Of a stretch of 34,366 bases of DNA, positions 1-9,084 are shown one piece after another. A program made the position numbers and the translations under genes. The stretch spans positions 1 to 34,366 of IMG/VR virus record IMGVR_UViG_3300025296_000063. One strand, given 5' to 3'. Each line of letters opens with the position of its first letter. The first letter of the stretch is position 1. The notes under the pieces are model-generated. The model had not been told where the DNA came from and did not search any database. It worked only from the letters and a program-made list of their open reading frames with translations. Source of the stretch: a virus. Taxonomy: Duplodnaviria > Caudoviricetes.

Positions 1-3000
1 GTATTAAATATTAAAAAACGTTTAAAAAGAGGTACTGTTCGAATTGCAAAACCAATGCCAAGATTGGTGAAAGATAAACTCGAAAGAAATATTAATGATT
101 TAAATGAAAGAAATATTGAGATTGAAAAAGAAATATCTGAAATGTTTCCTGCTAGATTATCAGAACCTGTAAGAGTTGAAGGGCTCAGTTATGAAACTGG
201 AGATTATGTACGTATTCCCTTATATGAAGGTGAGGGAAATTTCAGTACATCAGAAGCAGGTATAGGTAGATACGTTGGTACATACGATGAAGTTATCTTG
301 GGTAAAAAATTAAAACCTCAACAAATTAATACAGAGGCTACAGGAGACCTTACGAATGCAGATGTATTTGAAGTAACAAGAGTTAAAGGACCTGAGAAAG
401 TAGAGTACGTTACATTAAATAGGGTAGGTGCTGAGAAGAAGCGCACTGTATATCGAGCTGGTGTTGTCTCTAAAGAAATGGGTATAGATGATTTACCGAT
501 TGATGCAAAATTTAATAAGTCTGTATCTCAGCGTTATGGTGATATGGGTGTTAGTACTGGTTCGCCATTTAAAGTTAAGTTGACATATAAGAAGCAATAT
601 GGAACAAAATGGGTTTCGTTTATAGCACCGCATATTATGGACCCGTATCATAAAACTGGATTTTCTACAAAGGCAGAAGCAGAGGCGTGGGCTGATGCTC
701 ATTGGCGTGGTTCCGAAGGTTTAAAGTCTATAGAAGAAGCAAAAAGAATGCAGCATGAAGTTGTGCATAATATGTCAGGAAGTCCTGAATATCAGGATTG
801 GACTGCTAGTTTAAAAGATATTAAAAAAATCATGAAAAAGACTACGGATGTTGGTAGTGTACAAAAAGAATTGATTAAACTATATTTTCCGGATAATACT
901 ACTGGTGATATAAATCTTCTTAATTCAATGGAGATAAAAGAACTTCGCTCAAGGTTTGAAGCACAGAAAGGATTTGACTTTTTACCTGAAGATACAGATA
1001 CTGTTATACCTTCATCGGTAATGAGCGAAGGTATGGGTCCAATAGCGAGACGTATTCTTACAAAAACAACAGGTGCTTTCCCAATACATACTATTTTAGA
1101 GTGGATGGGACCTGCTGGTACTTGGATTTCTCGTCGTATGATACGCGGTTCACAGGTGTATCGTGTTATGATGGGCGCTACTCAAGAAGTAGAAAAACGT
1201 ATCAAAAAACTTATTGGGTCTAAAGACTGGCATAATTTAGCTATTCATATGGATGAAAAGTATGTTGCATTGAGAAGCGGTAAAAGCTATCAGAACTGGT
1301 TAGAAAAGAATTCAGGTAAGCATACTGTAGAAGAGTTGCCTGATGGAACAAAATATACAGTTACAAATGTAGAGCAGGCTTCAAAATTACTTCGTGATTA
1401 CTTTGATTCTATGTTTATTGCACAATCTCAGGCTGGTTATTTAATTAAAAATGCGCGTAGTAGAAAGCTTGAGCCTGTATTACGGGTACAGTACAATAAA
1501 AAAAGAATTATAGATGAAGGCGGTAAAACCATAATTACTGAAGAAGGTAAGGGAGATATACCAATAGGCAAGATTATGGAACGTAAGAAGGGCAGCGGTA
1601 TAATAGAAGAAATTAAAAGCCTGGAAGATGAGAGAGATTTTTCACCTGAAGACCAGATTATGGGTATAATAAAGGGTGAGTTAGGTGATTTAGTTAGTGG
1701 CGATAAGAATAAAGCAGTAGTATATACTAGAGAATATGTACCAAAAGTTAAAGGTGAAAGACTTGTGGAATATACTATTGAAAAGGTAAAGAATAATTCA
1801 TATAATGAAAATTATTTTCCACGTATGATTACTGATGATTTCTTTAAAGCTCTGTACAAAAATACTTCATTAAAAGATGCTGTGTTGCATGATATAATAG
1901 AATCTAGTCCTGAGATTGAGGCAAAGTTGCGGACCGGTCAAATAAGTTTGCGTGAAGCTATGGACTTGGCTTTAAATGAAGTTAAGGATTTAGAAGGATT
2001 ATTCAAAAATAATAAAGTATTTGGACAGATGTGGACTAGGATTGCCAATCTGCCTACTCATATGTTTTTCAATAAATTGCCTAATGGAGGTTTAAAAAGA
2101 ATAAAGGTTGATAGAGTTATAAATGAAAAAGGCGATGTTTATAAAGTTGGAGATACTGTAGCTGGTAAAAAAATTGATAAAGTATTACAGGTTTATGATT
2201 TAGACTTTCCAGAGATTATGCGTAAATATTCTGAACGAACATCCAGGTCTACTGCTGCTTATTATAGTTTTGAGGGTGTTGAAGGATTAACCAAAGGACC
2301 GTTAGTAAGAAAATTAGATGAATTATATAAAGAATCTGGCGGAGGAGAGGTTGGCGATTTCTATAAACGATATGCAAAACGTGTGGTAAAAGAGATGGTA
2401 ATGGGTCAGGATATATCTGAACGAGGTCCAGTAGCAAAGATGATGTCAGGGGCAGTTAGTAAAGTTACAAGAGCCAGTGCGTCTATAGGATTATCTTTTC
2501 CTATAAGCGGTTTTAAGAATATCTTATTGGGTCAAGTACAATTAGCTACACATTTTCAAATACGTGATTTACTCAAAACATATTGGGATTTATCAACAGG
2601 TGATTGGGCTCAAGCAAAACATTTTGCTACAAAGATAGGTGCGCGATACACAGGTGTATACGATTTATATTTATCTTCCAATCCTATTCTAAGGATGATA
2701 CGAGCTCCGGGTTTAATGCAGCCAACAGAAATGGCTAACAGAATTGTATCATCTGCTATGGCGCATAGAACTCTTGAAATTCATCTGGATAATCTTGCAG
2801 GCAAGGGAGATAAATTGCTCGCTCCAAGACGCACTACTTCTAGGCATATCTTAATGGATGTATTTAAATTTTCTCCGAAAGAAGTAGCAAATATGGTAGA
2901 GCGTAGAGGTGGTGGTAGTAGGGGTTACGGCGAAAAAGAGTTACATCGCGCTGCTGATATGGCTCATACTATTACTCAGGGTGTAGGTGATTATCCATAT

Positions 3001-3972
3001 GTTCCATTATGGATGGGTAAAGATTGGGCTAGACCTATGACATTGTTTTACCGTATAGCTTATCGCATGACCAATAATATTGTTAATAATGTTATGAAAC
3101 CTGCTACGCGTGATGGTAACATATTCCCAATGATGAAATATGTAGGGTTATCTATGGGTGCAGGTAGTGCTTTATATTCTACATACTATTATCTATTTGA
3201 CGAAGAACGTAAAAATCAATTTAAGGACGCTCCTGCTGGTTACTGGTCTAATTTGATACGGGCTGAAGGATTGGGTATTATAAGCAATGCTTTTGATGAG
3301 TATGGAGAAGGATTTGTTGATGTATATACTCCAGTAGTCTTTAGAAATATGACTGATGTATATCGTGAAGCGATGAATATAGCAGAAGGTAAGAAGGGAC
3401 CGTGGGATGGGGTTAAAGATTTAAGTAAACGTACCGTATCTTTGATTGGCGGAACTATGAGAATTGTAGAAAATGCTACAGCTGATACTCGTAAACGATA
3501 TAAAGATTCTAAGCGTAGACAGAGACAGTTTACAGACGCTTACTTTAAAGATTGGAACCCGCCTATAGATTCAAATGATGCTCTAACTAAACGTACTCCA
3601 TTTTACAGACATATAAGAGATTTATTTTGGTATGAAGATAATGAAGAAAAAGCTAAAGCCTACTATTCAGCACTAGCATATATAACACATCAGCTTCAAA
3701 GAGAGCGTACAGCGTTAGCTTTAGACGATAGACTAGCAGAGCGTAAAGCTAAAGGTATATTAAAATCTATTATAAGTAAACAGCGTCCTATAGCTAGTAG
3801 CTGGAGAGGTAGAGAGCGTGGAGAAAGAACAACTAAGTATAATTTATATTTATCAAAACTTAATGATGAAGATTATAAAGAAGAGGTAAATTTAGATAGG
3901 CTCTATAGAACAAAGAAACAGGATTTCTGGAGAGCTATTAACCAATATAGAAGTAAGTATTACTGGAGATAA
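1..3972 (+). CDS. Large internal virion (ejection)-like protein, probably 5'-truncated by the window edge
   Basis: Frame is open from base 1 (VLNIKKRLKRGTVRIAKPM...), >1305 aa; lies at the end of the late-strand module, where podoviruses place large ejection proteins; no catalytic motif recognised. Confidence 0.6.
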   Translation, partial: VLNIKKRLKRGTVRIAKPMPRLVKDKLERNINDLNERNIEIEKEISEMFPARLSEPVRVEGLSYETGDYVRIPLYEGEGNFSTSEAGIGRYVGTYDEVILGKKLKPQQINTEATGDLTNADVFEVTRVKGPEKVEYVTLNRVGAEKKRTVYRAGVVSKEMGIDDLPIDAKFNKSVSQRYGDMGVSTGSPFKVKLTYKKQYGTKWVSFIAPHIMDPYHKTGFSTKAEAEAWADAHWRGSEGLKSIEEAKRMQHEVVHNMSGSPEYQDWTASLKDIKKIMKKTTDVGSVQKELIKLYFPDNTTGDINLLNSMEIKELRSRFEAQKGFDFLPEDTDTVIPSSVMSEGMGPIARRILTKTTGAFPIHTILEWMGPAGTWISRRMIRGSQVYRVMMGATQEVEKRIKKLIGSKDWHNLAIHMDEKYVALRSGKSYQNWLEKNSGKHTVEELPDGTKYTVTNVEQASKLLRDYFDSMFIAQSQAGYLIKNARSRKLEPVLRVQYNKKRIIDEGGKTIITEEGKGDIPIGKIMERKKGSGIIEEIKSLEDERDFSPEDQIMGIIKGELGDLVSGDKNKAVVYTREYVPKVKGERLVEYTIEKVKNNSYNENYFPRMITDDFFKALYKNTSLKDAVLHDIIESSPEIEAKLRTGQISLREAMDLALNEVKDLEGLFKNNKVFGQMWTRIANLPTHMFFNKLPNGGLKRIKVDRVINEKGDVYKVGDTVAGKKIDKVLQVYDLDFPEIMRKYSERTSRSTAAYYSFEGVEGLTKGPLVRKLDELYKESGGGEVGDFYKRYAKRVVKEMVMGQDISERGPVAKMMSGAVSKVTRASASIGLSFPISGFKNILLGQVQLATHFQIRDLLKTYWDLSTGDWAQAKHFATKIGARYTGVYDLYLSSNPILRMIRAPGLMQPTEMANRIVSSAMAHRTLEIHLDNLAGKGDKLLAPRRTTSRHILMDVFKFSPKEVANMVERRGGGSRGYGEKELHRAADMAHTITQGVGDYPYVPLWMGKDWARPMTLFYRIAYRMTNNIVNNVMKPATRDGNIFPMMKYVGLSMGAGSALYSTYYYLFDEERKNQFKDAPAGYWSNLIRAEGLGIISNAFDEYGEGFVDVYTPVVFRNMTDVYREAMNIAEGKKGPWDGVKDLSKRTVSLIGGTMRIVENATADTRKRYKDSKRRQRQFTDAYFKDWNPPIDSNDALTKRTPFYRHIRDLFWYEDNEEKAKAYYSALAYITHQLQRERTALALDDRLAERKAKGILKSIISKQRPIASSWRGRERGERTTKYNLYLSKLNDEDYKEEVNLDRLYRTKKQDFWRAINQYRSKYYWR

Positions 3973-3973
3973 T

Positions 3974-5341
3974 ATGCCACCTAGAACATTATTATCATTA
4001 TTATCTAAAGGTAAGTATGAAACATCTGAAGACTTACCTACTATGCCAGAGATGGCTCATAGCTATATAGATAATATAATAGAATCATATGAAGAAAGCA
4101 AACAATACGAACCAGAAGTAAAAGGTACAGGTCTTGGTATGTTAGAGTGGGCAGCTGCTCCTCCGGTTGGAAAAGCTGGTAAATTAATAAGTTCTCAGAT
4201 AAAACCGGGTTCATCTGAGTGGAAAAATATAATTCAGCAATTAAAACTTACAACAGTTTTTAATCCAAAAGAGGAAGAAAAGTTTTTCGCTTATCTTAGA
4301 AAGCAAAGAGATTTTAAGCTTGGCAGATTAAATCCAACAGAATCTAAAAAAATGGCAGAAATAGAGTCGATGGTTGGCGGACCTAAATATAAAGACGCTC
4401 CTCATAGAGAATTGCAGGATATAGTATTAAAACTTGACGAAATGATAATAAAGACACCAAAATCAAAAGCTATTGAAGAGGCTAGATATTCTTTAGATAA
4501 AACTCTCTTACGTGGGATGGAACATGTAGAAAAATATGGCTGGTCATCGCCAGCACATGATATAAATACTAAAAATTTATATAGAACATTAATAAAATTA
4601 CTCGAAGGCAAATCTACACCTTTCACTAAAACTACTAAGAAACAGGGTGGCGGTTATATAACTAAACCAGATGATACAAGAGTTAATATTCCTGATGATT
4701 ACTCAATTTATCAATCAGTAGACGAACAGTATGGAACTCCTGGTGTGCGTCATAGGGGTAAAACATTTTTTCCATTACATGCCCCCAGCTATCAGATGAT
4801 TATAGAAATGCTATTAAAAGATAAACTAGCACCAATGATTATAGGCGAAGCTTTAGCATATAATAAAGCTCCCCACAAAAAAAGAGAAATAAGAGAAGGT
4901 TCTCGCGTTATAAATAATCTACTAAATAAACTTTCCATAGGCGATGCTCCTGGAGGGTTAGTGCCGTATAAAACAATGCGTTCACAGCCGTGGAAGTCGT
5001 TTGGTGAGAGGGGTGAGCTTTTTGGTGAACTCCGCTACGCAAAAGATGCTACAATTGCACCTGATACTGCCTTTTTTTATAATCCTTATCATAAAAATGT
5101 TCGTCAATCACAAATAAGTTATGGTGCTCCTCATGAAGCTTTTCATGCGAACCCTGAACTTCAACAAAGACTTTGGGATAGAGAGGAATTTAGCACTCAT
5201 CAGGAAGCTTTCCATCAACTCATAGATAATTTGCGTAAAAATATAGACGCTGAAGAATTAGATAATTTACAGAGATTGTTCTTAAAAGGAGAAGAACTTA
5301 GTAACCTGCCTCCTATACTAAGAAATAGGAAACCAAAGTGA
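3974..5341 (+). CDS. Hypothetical protein (possibly virion-associated) with C-terminal HExxH zincin-like motif
   Basis: 455-aa ORF starting 1 nt after the upstream stop; YGAPHEAFHA motif; last gene of the + arm. Confidence 0.5.
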   Translation: MPPRTLLSLLSKGKYETSEDLPTMPEMAHSYIDNIIESYEESKQYEPEVKGTGLGMLEWAAAPPVGKAGKLISSQIKPGSSEWKNIIQQLKLTTVFNPKEEEKFFAYLRKQRDFKLGRLNPTESKKMAEIESMVGGPKYKDAPHRELQDIVLKLDEMIIKTPKSKAIEEARYSLDKTLLRGMEHVEKYGWSSPAHDINTKNLYRTLIKLLEGKSTPFTKTTKKQGGGYITKPDDTRVNIPDDYSIYQSVDEQYGTPGVRHRGKTFFPLHAPSYQMIIEMLLKDKLAPMIIGEALAYNKAPHKKREIREGSRVINNLLNKLSIGDAPGGLVPYKTMRSQPWKSFGERGELFGELRYAKDATIAPDTAFFYNPYHKNVRQSQISYGAPHEAFHANPELQQRLWDREEFSTHQEAFHQLIDNLRKNIDAEELDNLQRLFLKGEELSNLPPILRNRKPK

Positions 5342-5425
5342 AACCTAGAATAGCCTTATTTGGCTGTATTTTGCCCCTTAACGACACTTTTATGTATTAT
5401 TCGAGTGTCAGTATACCTTAATACA

Positions 5426-5740
5426 TTAATCATCTTTTAAACGTAGTTTACAGAACTCACAAGTTTTCTTGCGGAGTTTGTATTTAGGGAATCCCTCATG
5501 TATTATAGATGCTTTAATATTTTTAAATTTATTTATTACTGGTGTCCATGTATATCCGCATTTATCACATAGCAGCGGAGCTATAGATTTAAGATATACA
5601 TTACCATATCTAAACTTTACAGGCTCAGATTGTCGCCCTCTTGACGTGGGCGGATTACGAAGTATTGAGTACCACCACCAGCCATTTTCAAGCTCATCGT
5701 ATCTGTCAATATTTTCCTGTTCATTATATATTTTACTCAT
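5426..5740 (-). CDS. Hypothetical zinc-finger protein
   Basis: CDKC and CEFC pairs; start moved to ATG 5740 (MSKIYNE), which overlaps the upstream stop (ATGAGTAA). Confidence 0.6.
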   Translation of the reverse strand: MSKIYNEQENIDRYDELENGWWWYSILRNPPTSRGRQSEPVKFRYGNVYLKSIAPLLCDKCGYTWTPVINKFKNIKASIIHEGFPKYKLRKKTCEFCKLRLKDD

Positions 5741-6011
5741 CGTCTTGCGTGATTTGTATTTTGGGGTAAAGATTATAGTCGCCATTTCTGAACATTTTTC
5801 TAAGTTCACGAATCAGCTTTTCAAAATCTTCTATAGAACAGTTCGCCAAAGTAGTGCAACCAACTATTTTGTCTTTAGTATCAAGGGTAGTTTTAACACC
5901 CATGTGGCACTGCGCTAAGGCGAACTGGCTATATAGCTCGTACCTGCGTTTTTCCTGCTTCTCAGGTGACGCGTAGCGCCATTTAAAACGGGACTTTTGA
6001 GCTTTCTTCAT
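5733..6011 (-). CDS. Hypothetical protein
   Basis: 92-aa ORF that tiles between its neighbours on the operon strand. Confidence 0.55.
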   Translation of the reverse strand: MKKAQKSRFKWRYASPEKQEKRRYELYSQFALAQCHMGVKTTLDTKDKIVGCTTLANCSIEDFEKLIRELRKMFRNGDYNLYPKIQITQDDE

Positions 6012-6207
6012 CGGAACTTCTAGTGTCCGCTCTTGGTTCTTCTACTGATAGTGACAGATAACTCAAGCCTTTCTTAGAAGTATTCTTCCAAGCGGCTATG
6101 CGGAAGTCTTTACCTTCTACGTTTAGTTCACCTGTTAAGTCAGGTCTTTTGTCACCATCTTCTTTGTGGCGATTGTTAAACAATGCGCCCCTGTTTTCTT
6201 TATTCAT
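5983..6207 (-). CDS. Small putative ssDNA-binding protein (DUF736-like)
   Basis: NRGALF...RPDLTG...AAWKN...YLSLS pattern; acidic tail ending in PF; ATG 6207 overlaps the methyltransferase stop (ATGA). Confidence 0.6.
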   Translation of the reverse strand: MNKENRGALFNNRHKEDGDKRPDLTGELNVEGKDFRIAAWKNTSKKGLSYLSLSVEEPRADTRSSDEESSKVPF

Positions 6208-7310
6208 ATGAACAACTCCCGTTGACATGTTCGTTTGTTTATTATCTTATGATAATTAGGATTAAGCTCTACACCTGTGTAGTGCCTACCTAATCTTTTT
6301 GCTACTACTGCTACAGTACCGCTACCCATGAATGGGTCCATTACCAAACCATCTTTAGGGCTTCCTGCTTTAATACACGGTATTATTAAATCAGGGGGAA
6401 ATGTGGCAAAATGAGCCTCTGGCGTTGGTCTTGTATTTATTCGCCATACCGAGCGTTTGTTTTTACCGAGAGGATTTGGTCGTAGTTTCCTATCGCGGTA
6501 TGTATTCTGACCTGTACCTTTGTCCCATATAGACTTTCCATTGGCGTCTAGGTCTTCACCGCCCCATCTGTTTATATCTTCTGTGTATGGTTCACGTATA
6601 GAATCAACATCATAATAGTATTTCTTATTCTTTGAAAATAAAAATAGGTACTCATGGCTACGCGTTGGTCTGTCTAGCACAGGGTCAGGCATAGGGTTAG
6701 GTTTATCCCATATGATATCACAGCGCAGGTACCATCCAACTTTTTGTAAAGCTAGAGCTACGTGCCAAGGAACACCTATTAAATTTTTAGCATTCAAACC
6801 AGCTACAGAAGCTGGTCGTAAAGCTTTATCAGAACCATGCTTAACATGCATATCATTCTTTGTACTCATGCCTTCACCGCCAGATTGACCTGTAGAACCT
6901 GCGTAGCTGTCACCTATATTAAGCCAGACAGTTCCTTCATCTTTTAAAGTGTATCGTATTCCTTCAAATACTTCAACTAAAGAACCAACATATTCATCAA
7001 GTGACTGTTCAAGTCCTATCTGTAAGTCTTTACGTATAGCTCCGCACATGGGGCATGCGCCATTCACTTTTATATCCCGAGAGCCTACTACTGAACCTAC
7101 GTTGGTTTCCTGCTTACCGCCATACTCCCCGCGTCTATCTCTACTGGTTCTATGGGAACAATTTTCATTGCCGCCAACCCATGTAGACGTTTGGTAATCA
7201 CGCAAGCCCCAGTACGGAGGTGAAGTAACACAAGTATCGACGCACTTTTCAGGAAAGTCAAACAAAACTTTTTTAGCATCGCCAAGTATTACTTTATCAA
7301 TTATATCCAT
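6204..7310 (-). CDS. DNA N4-cytosine/N6-adenine methyltransferase, beta class
   Basis: Catalytic motif IV TSPPYW near the N-terminus, HFATFP, and SAM-binding motif I DPFMGSGT near the C-terminus. Confidence 0.93.
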   Translation of the reverse strand: MDIIDKVILGDAKKVLFDFPEKCVDTCVTSPPYWGLRDYQTSTWVGGNENCSHRTSRDRRGEYGGKQETNVGSVVGSRDIKVNGACPMCGAIRKDLQIGLEQSLDEYVGSLVEVFEGIRYTLKDEGTVWLNIGDSYAGSTGQSGGEGMSTKNDMHVKHGSDKALRPASVAGLNAKNLIGVPWHVALALQKVGWYLRCDIIWDKPNPMPDPVLDRPTRSHEYLFLFSKNKKYYYDVDSIREPYTEDINRWGGEDLDANGKSIWDKGTGQNTYRDRKLRPNPLGKNKRSVWRINTRPTPEAHFATFPPDLIIPCIKAGSPKDGLVMDPFMGSGTVAVVAKRLGRHYTGVELNPNYHKIINKRTCQRELFI

Positions 7311-7687
7311 GCCTTGCTTACCATATATTTTACTGGTATTAATACTAACTCAGACTTGTCGTCATCACCGCCAGTGACGATTTTCGCCATGTTCATTCCG
7401 ATTAATTTTTTAACATACTTTTTCAAAGTTTCTACCTTAAACATAATTGAGAATTTTACATCTCCATCAATAGTAAATACATGCATCCACCATTTAGCAT
7501 TAGTAGAGGAAAGCCCGCTAAGATTACCATTATGGCGTATTTCCAATACCATGTTGCCTGTTGTAACCCATATATCTCTTTCAGTTTTAACTTCAATAGA
7601 ACCATCTCCTTCGAATATGTCGCGTACTTTATCTTCATATATTTTACCAAACTGTAAATCTATATCAAAGTTAGACGGAGTCATCAT
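7301..7687 (-). CDS. Small PD-(D/E)XK nuclease-like phage protein
   Basis: FDIDLQFG..YE...SIEVKTE...TGN..LE pattern with an ExK motif. Confidence 0.55.
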   Translation of the reverse strand: MMTPSNFDIDLQFGKIYEDKVRDIFEGDGSIEVKTERDIWVTTGNMVLEIRHNGNLSGLSSTNAKWWMHVFTIDGDVKFSIMFKVETLKKYVKKLIGMNMAKIVTGGDDDKSELVLIPVKYMVSKAWI

Positions 7688-7847
7688 TACACCTAAATTC
7701 TTTTTTCTGCCATCTGTAATCGTATAGCATGAGCAACCGCTTATGAGCCGCTCCGTTATACTTTATCCTTTTTGATTTCAGAAGTTTCTCGTAAAGTTTT
7801 ATAGCGGAATCGACTGTTAAGGTATTACTATAGTTTTTATTTTTCAT
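7671..7847 (-). CDS. Small hypothetical protein, 58 aa (not in ORF track)
   Basis: Manual translation MKNKNYSNTLTVDSAIKLYEKLLKSKRIKYNGAAHKRLLMLYDYRWQKKEFRCNDDSV; fills the gap and overlaps both neighbours. Confidence 0.65.
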   Translation of the reverse strand: MKNKNYSNTLTVDSAIKLYEKLLKSKRIKYNGAAHKRLLMLYDYRWQKKEFRCNDDSV

Positions 7848-8190
7848 TGAAAAATTCCTTCTTTACAAGAGAAAGGAGAAGCATATAGTGTTCAAGTGGT
7901 ACAGCTATAAATGGCGGCTTATACTCTGCTCTGAATATAACACCCACTTCTTCTTTCTCTGGGAATATCCACTTTGGCGCAACCTTGCGTCTCTTGCATC
8001 CGTAAAATTTATCTTCTATTTCAACATCCCCTTTTTCATGCTGCGCTCCGCCCCTGTCTCTGTTATAAGCTTCAAGTTCAAATTCTTTAGCTAAGCTTAC
8101 TGCCTGTCTTTGTAGCTCCGCTCCCCTCTGCCTGTTCCTTTTCCCCTGTTTTTTGTGATTCTTTCGCCGCTCGCTTTTCTGTGTACTCAT
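7837..8190 (-). CDS. Hjc-like Holliday junction resolvase-fold protein (degenerate motifs)
   Basis: NRQRGAELQR...KGDVEI...YGCKRRK resembles the G.xxERE...PD...ExK pattern of Hjc-type resolvases. Confidence 0.5.
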   Translation of the reverse strand: MSTQKSERRKNHKKQGKRNRQRGAELQRQAVSLAKEFELEAYNRDRGGAQHEKGDVEIEDKFYGCKRRKVAPKWIFPEKEEVGVIFRAEYKPPFIAVPLEHYMLLLSLVKKEFFNEK

Positions 8191-8368
8191 TTATTTTCTC
8201 CACTAATTCGTTTAAATCGCCCTTCATCTCCACATAAATCTCAAACATATTCATAGAAGCAGTCATGCCTGGTATCAGTACTTTATACAGACTGTCCTCG
8301 AGCGAATGCACTTTGTTTATTAACGCTGATAACATTGTTTCAATTTCTCGTATTGTCATTTTTTTCAT
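8087..8368 (-). CDS. Hypothetical helical protein
   Basis: 93-aa ORF starting 1 nt after the SET gene stop. Confidence 0.65.
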   Translation of the reverse strand: MKKMTIREIETMLSALINKVHSLEDSLYKVLIPGMTASMNMFEIYVEMKGDLNELVEKINEYTEKRAAKESQKTGEKEQAEGSGATKTGSKLS

Positions 8369-8369
8369 T

Positions 8370-8741
8370 TTAGTTTCTCCCTTTTATTAACTTTCCATGA
8401 CAATCACACTTAAATGGATGTGACAGTTTATCTTCTGTATCATTATAATCAATTGTGATTTCCTCATCTTTAGATATATCTTTTATTGGAACTAAAACTA
8501 TAGGTCCGGTAGAATTAAGCGTAGTAACTACGGTATTCGGACTACAGTTATGATTTATATATTGACCAATATCGTCTTCAAAATGTTTATCTTTAAACTG
8601 GATAGAAGTTCTTGTTGGATTTTCTAAATAAGCTGGTTTGAACTCATATATGGGAGATATTAATTCTAAAGTATTAGATACATTATTACCAGCAAATATT
8701 CCTTTTATTCCTTTCTTGTTTTTGAGAATGACTAATTTCAT
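8370..8741 (-). CDS. SET-domain protein (putative protein lysine methyltransferase)
   Basis: GIKGIFA (motif I), YINHNCSPN (NHxCxPN), DEEITIDY (ELxxDY), post-SET FKCDC; AAGGA RBS upstream. Confidence 0.88.
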   Translation of the reverse strand: MKLVILKNKKGIKGIFAGNNVSNTLELISPIYEFKPAYLENPTRTSIQFKDKHFEDDIGQYINHNCSPNTVVTTLNSTGPIVLVPIKDISKDEEITIDYNDTEDKLSHPFKCDCHGKLIKGRN

Positions 8742-8755
8742 TTTTGATTAATCCT

Positions 8756-9025
8756 TTATCCTATCTTATCGCCTATATTTGGTTTGTGCCTTTTCAAAAT
8801 TCTGGGAAGTTTTATCTCCTTTGTTTGTTTAATAGTATGTCTTTCAGGTCTACCTTCTACTTTTAAGAAACCGCGATTATGAATACTTGGAACTTTAACT
8901 CCTGATGGTTGTATAACTTCAGGGTCTTCTTCCCAAAGTATACATGTCATACATGCTCTCTTGTGGACATCTCCGCTAAATTCATCAAATTCATCACCGC
9001 AAGTTATGCAAATTGTTTCAGTCAT
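8756..9025 (-). CDS. Hypothetical protein with N-terminal CxxC/CxxC zinc finger and VKVPxIHxRGFLxVEG motif
   Basis: CITC...CMTC; ATGA overlap with the upstream gene. Confidence 0.65.
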   Translation of the reverse strand: MTETICITCGDEFDEFSGDVHKRACMTCILWEEDPEVIQPSGVKVPSIHNRGFLKVEGRPERHTIKQTKEIKLPRILKRHKPNIGDKIG

Positions 9026-9084
9026 TCTGTTTCCTTACCCTCTACATTTAAGAAACCGCGACGATGAATATCGGGAACCTTAAC
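8852..9084 (-). repeat. Two copies of a 48-bp coding repeat (8852-8899 and 9037-9084) in adjacent genes
   Basis: 40/48 nt and 13/16 aa identical by manual alignment: VKVPSIHNRGFLKVEG vs VKVPDIHRRGFLNVEG. Confidence 0.9.

Noticed and set aside
1-3972. Virion RNA polymerase or tape-measure protein
   Set aside because: No DxDGD or T7-type polymerase motifs and no tape-measure periodicity in the visible part
5342-5425. Bidirectional terminator between the convergent arms
   Set aside because: Only a weak GACACT/AGTGTC stem with a long loop and no U-tracts
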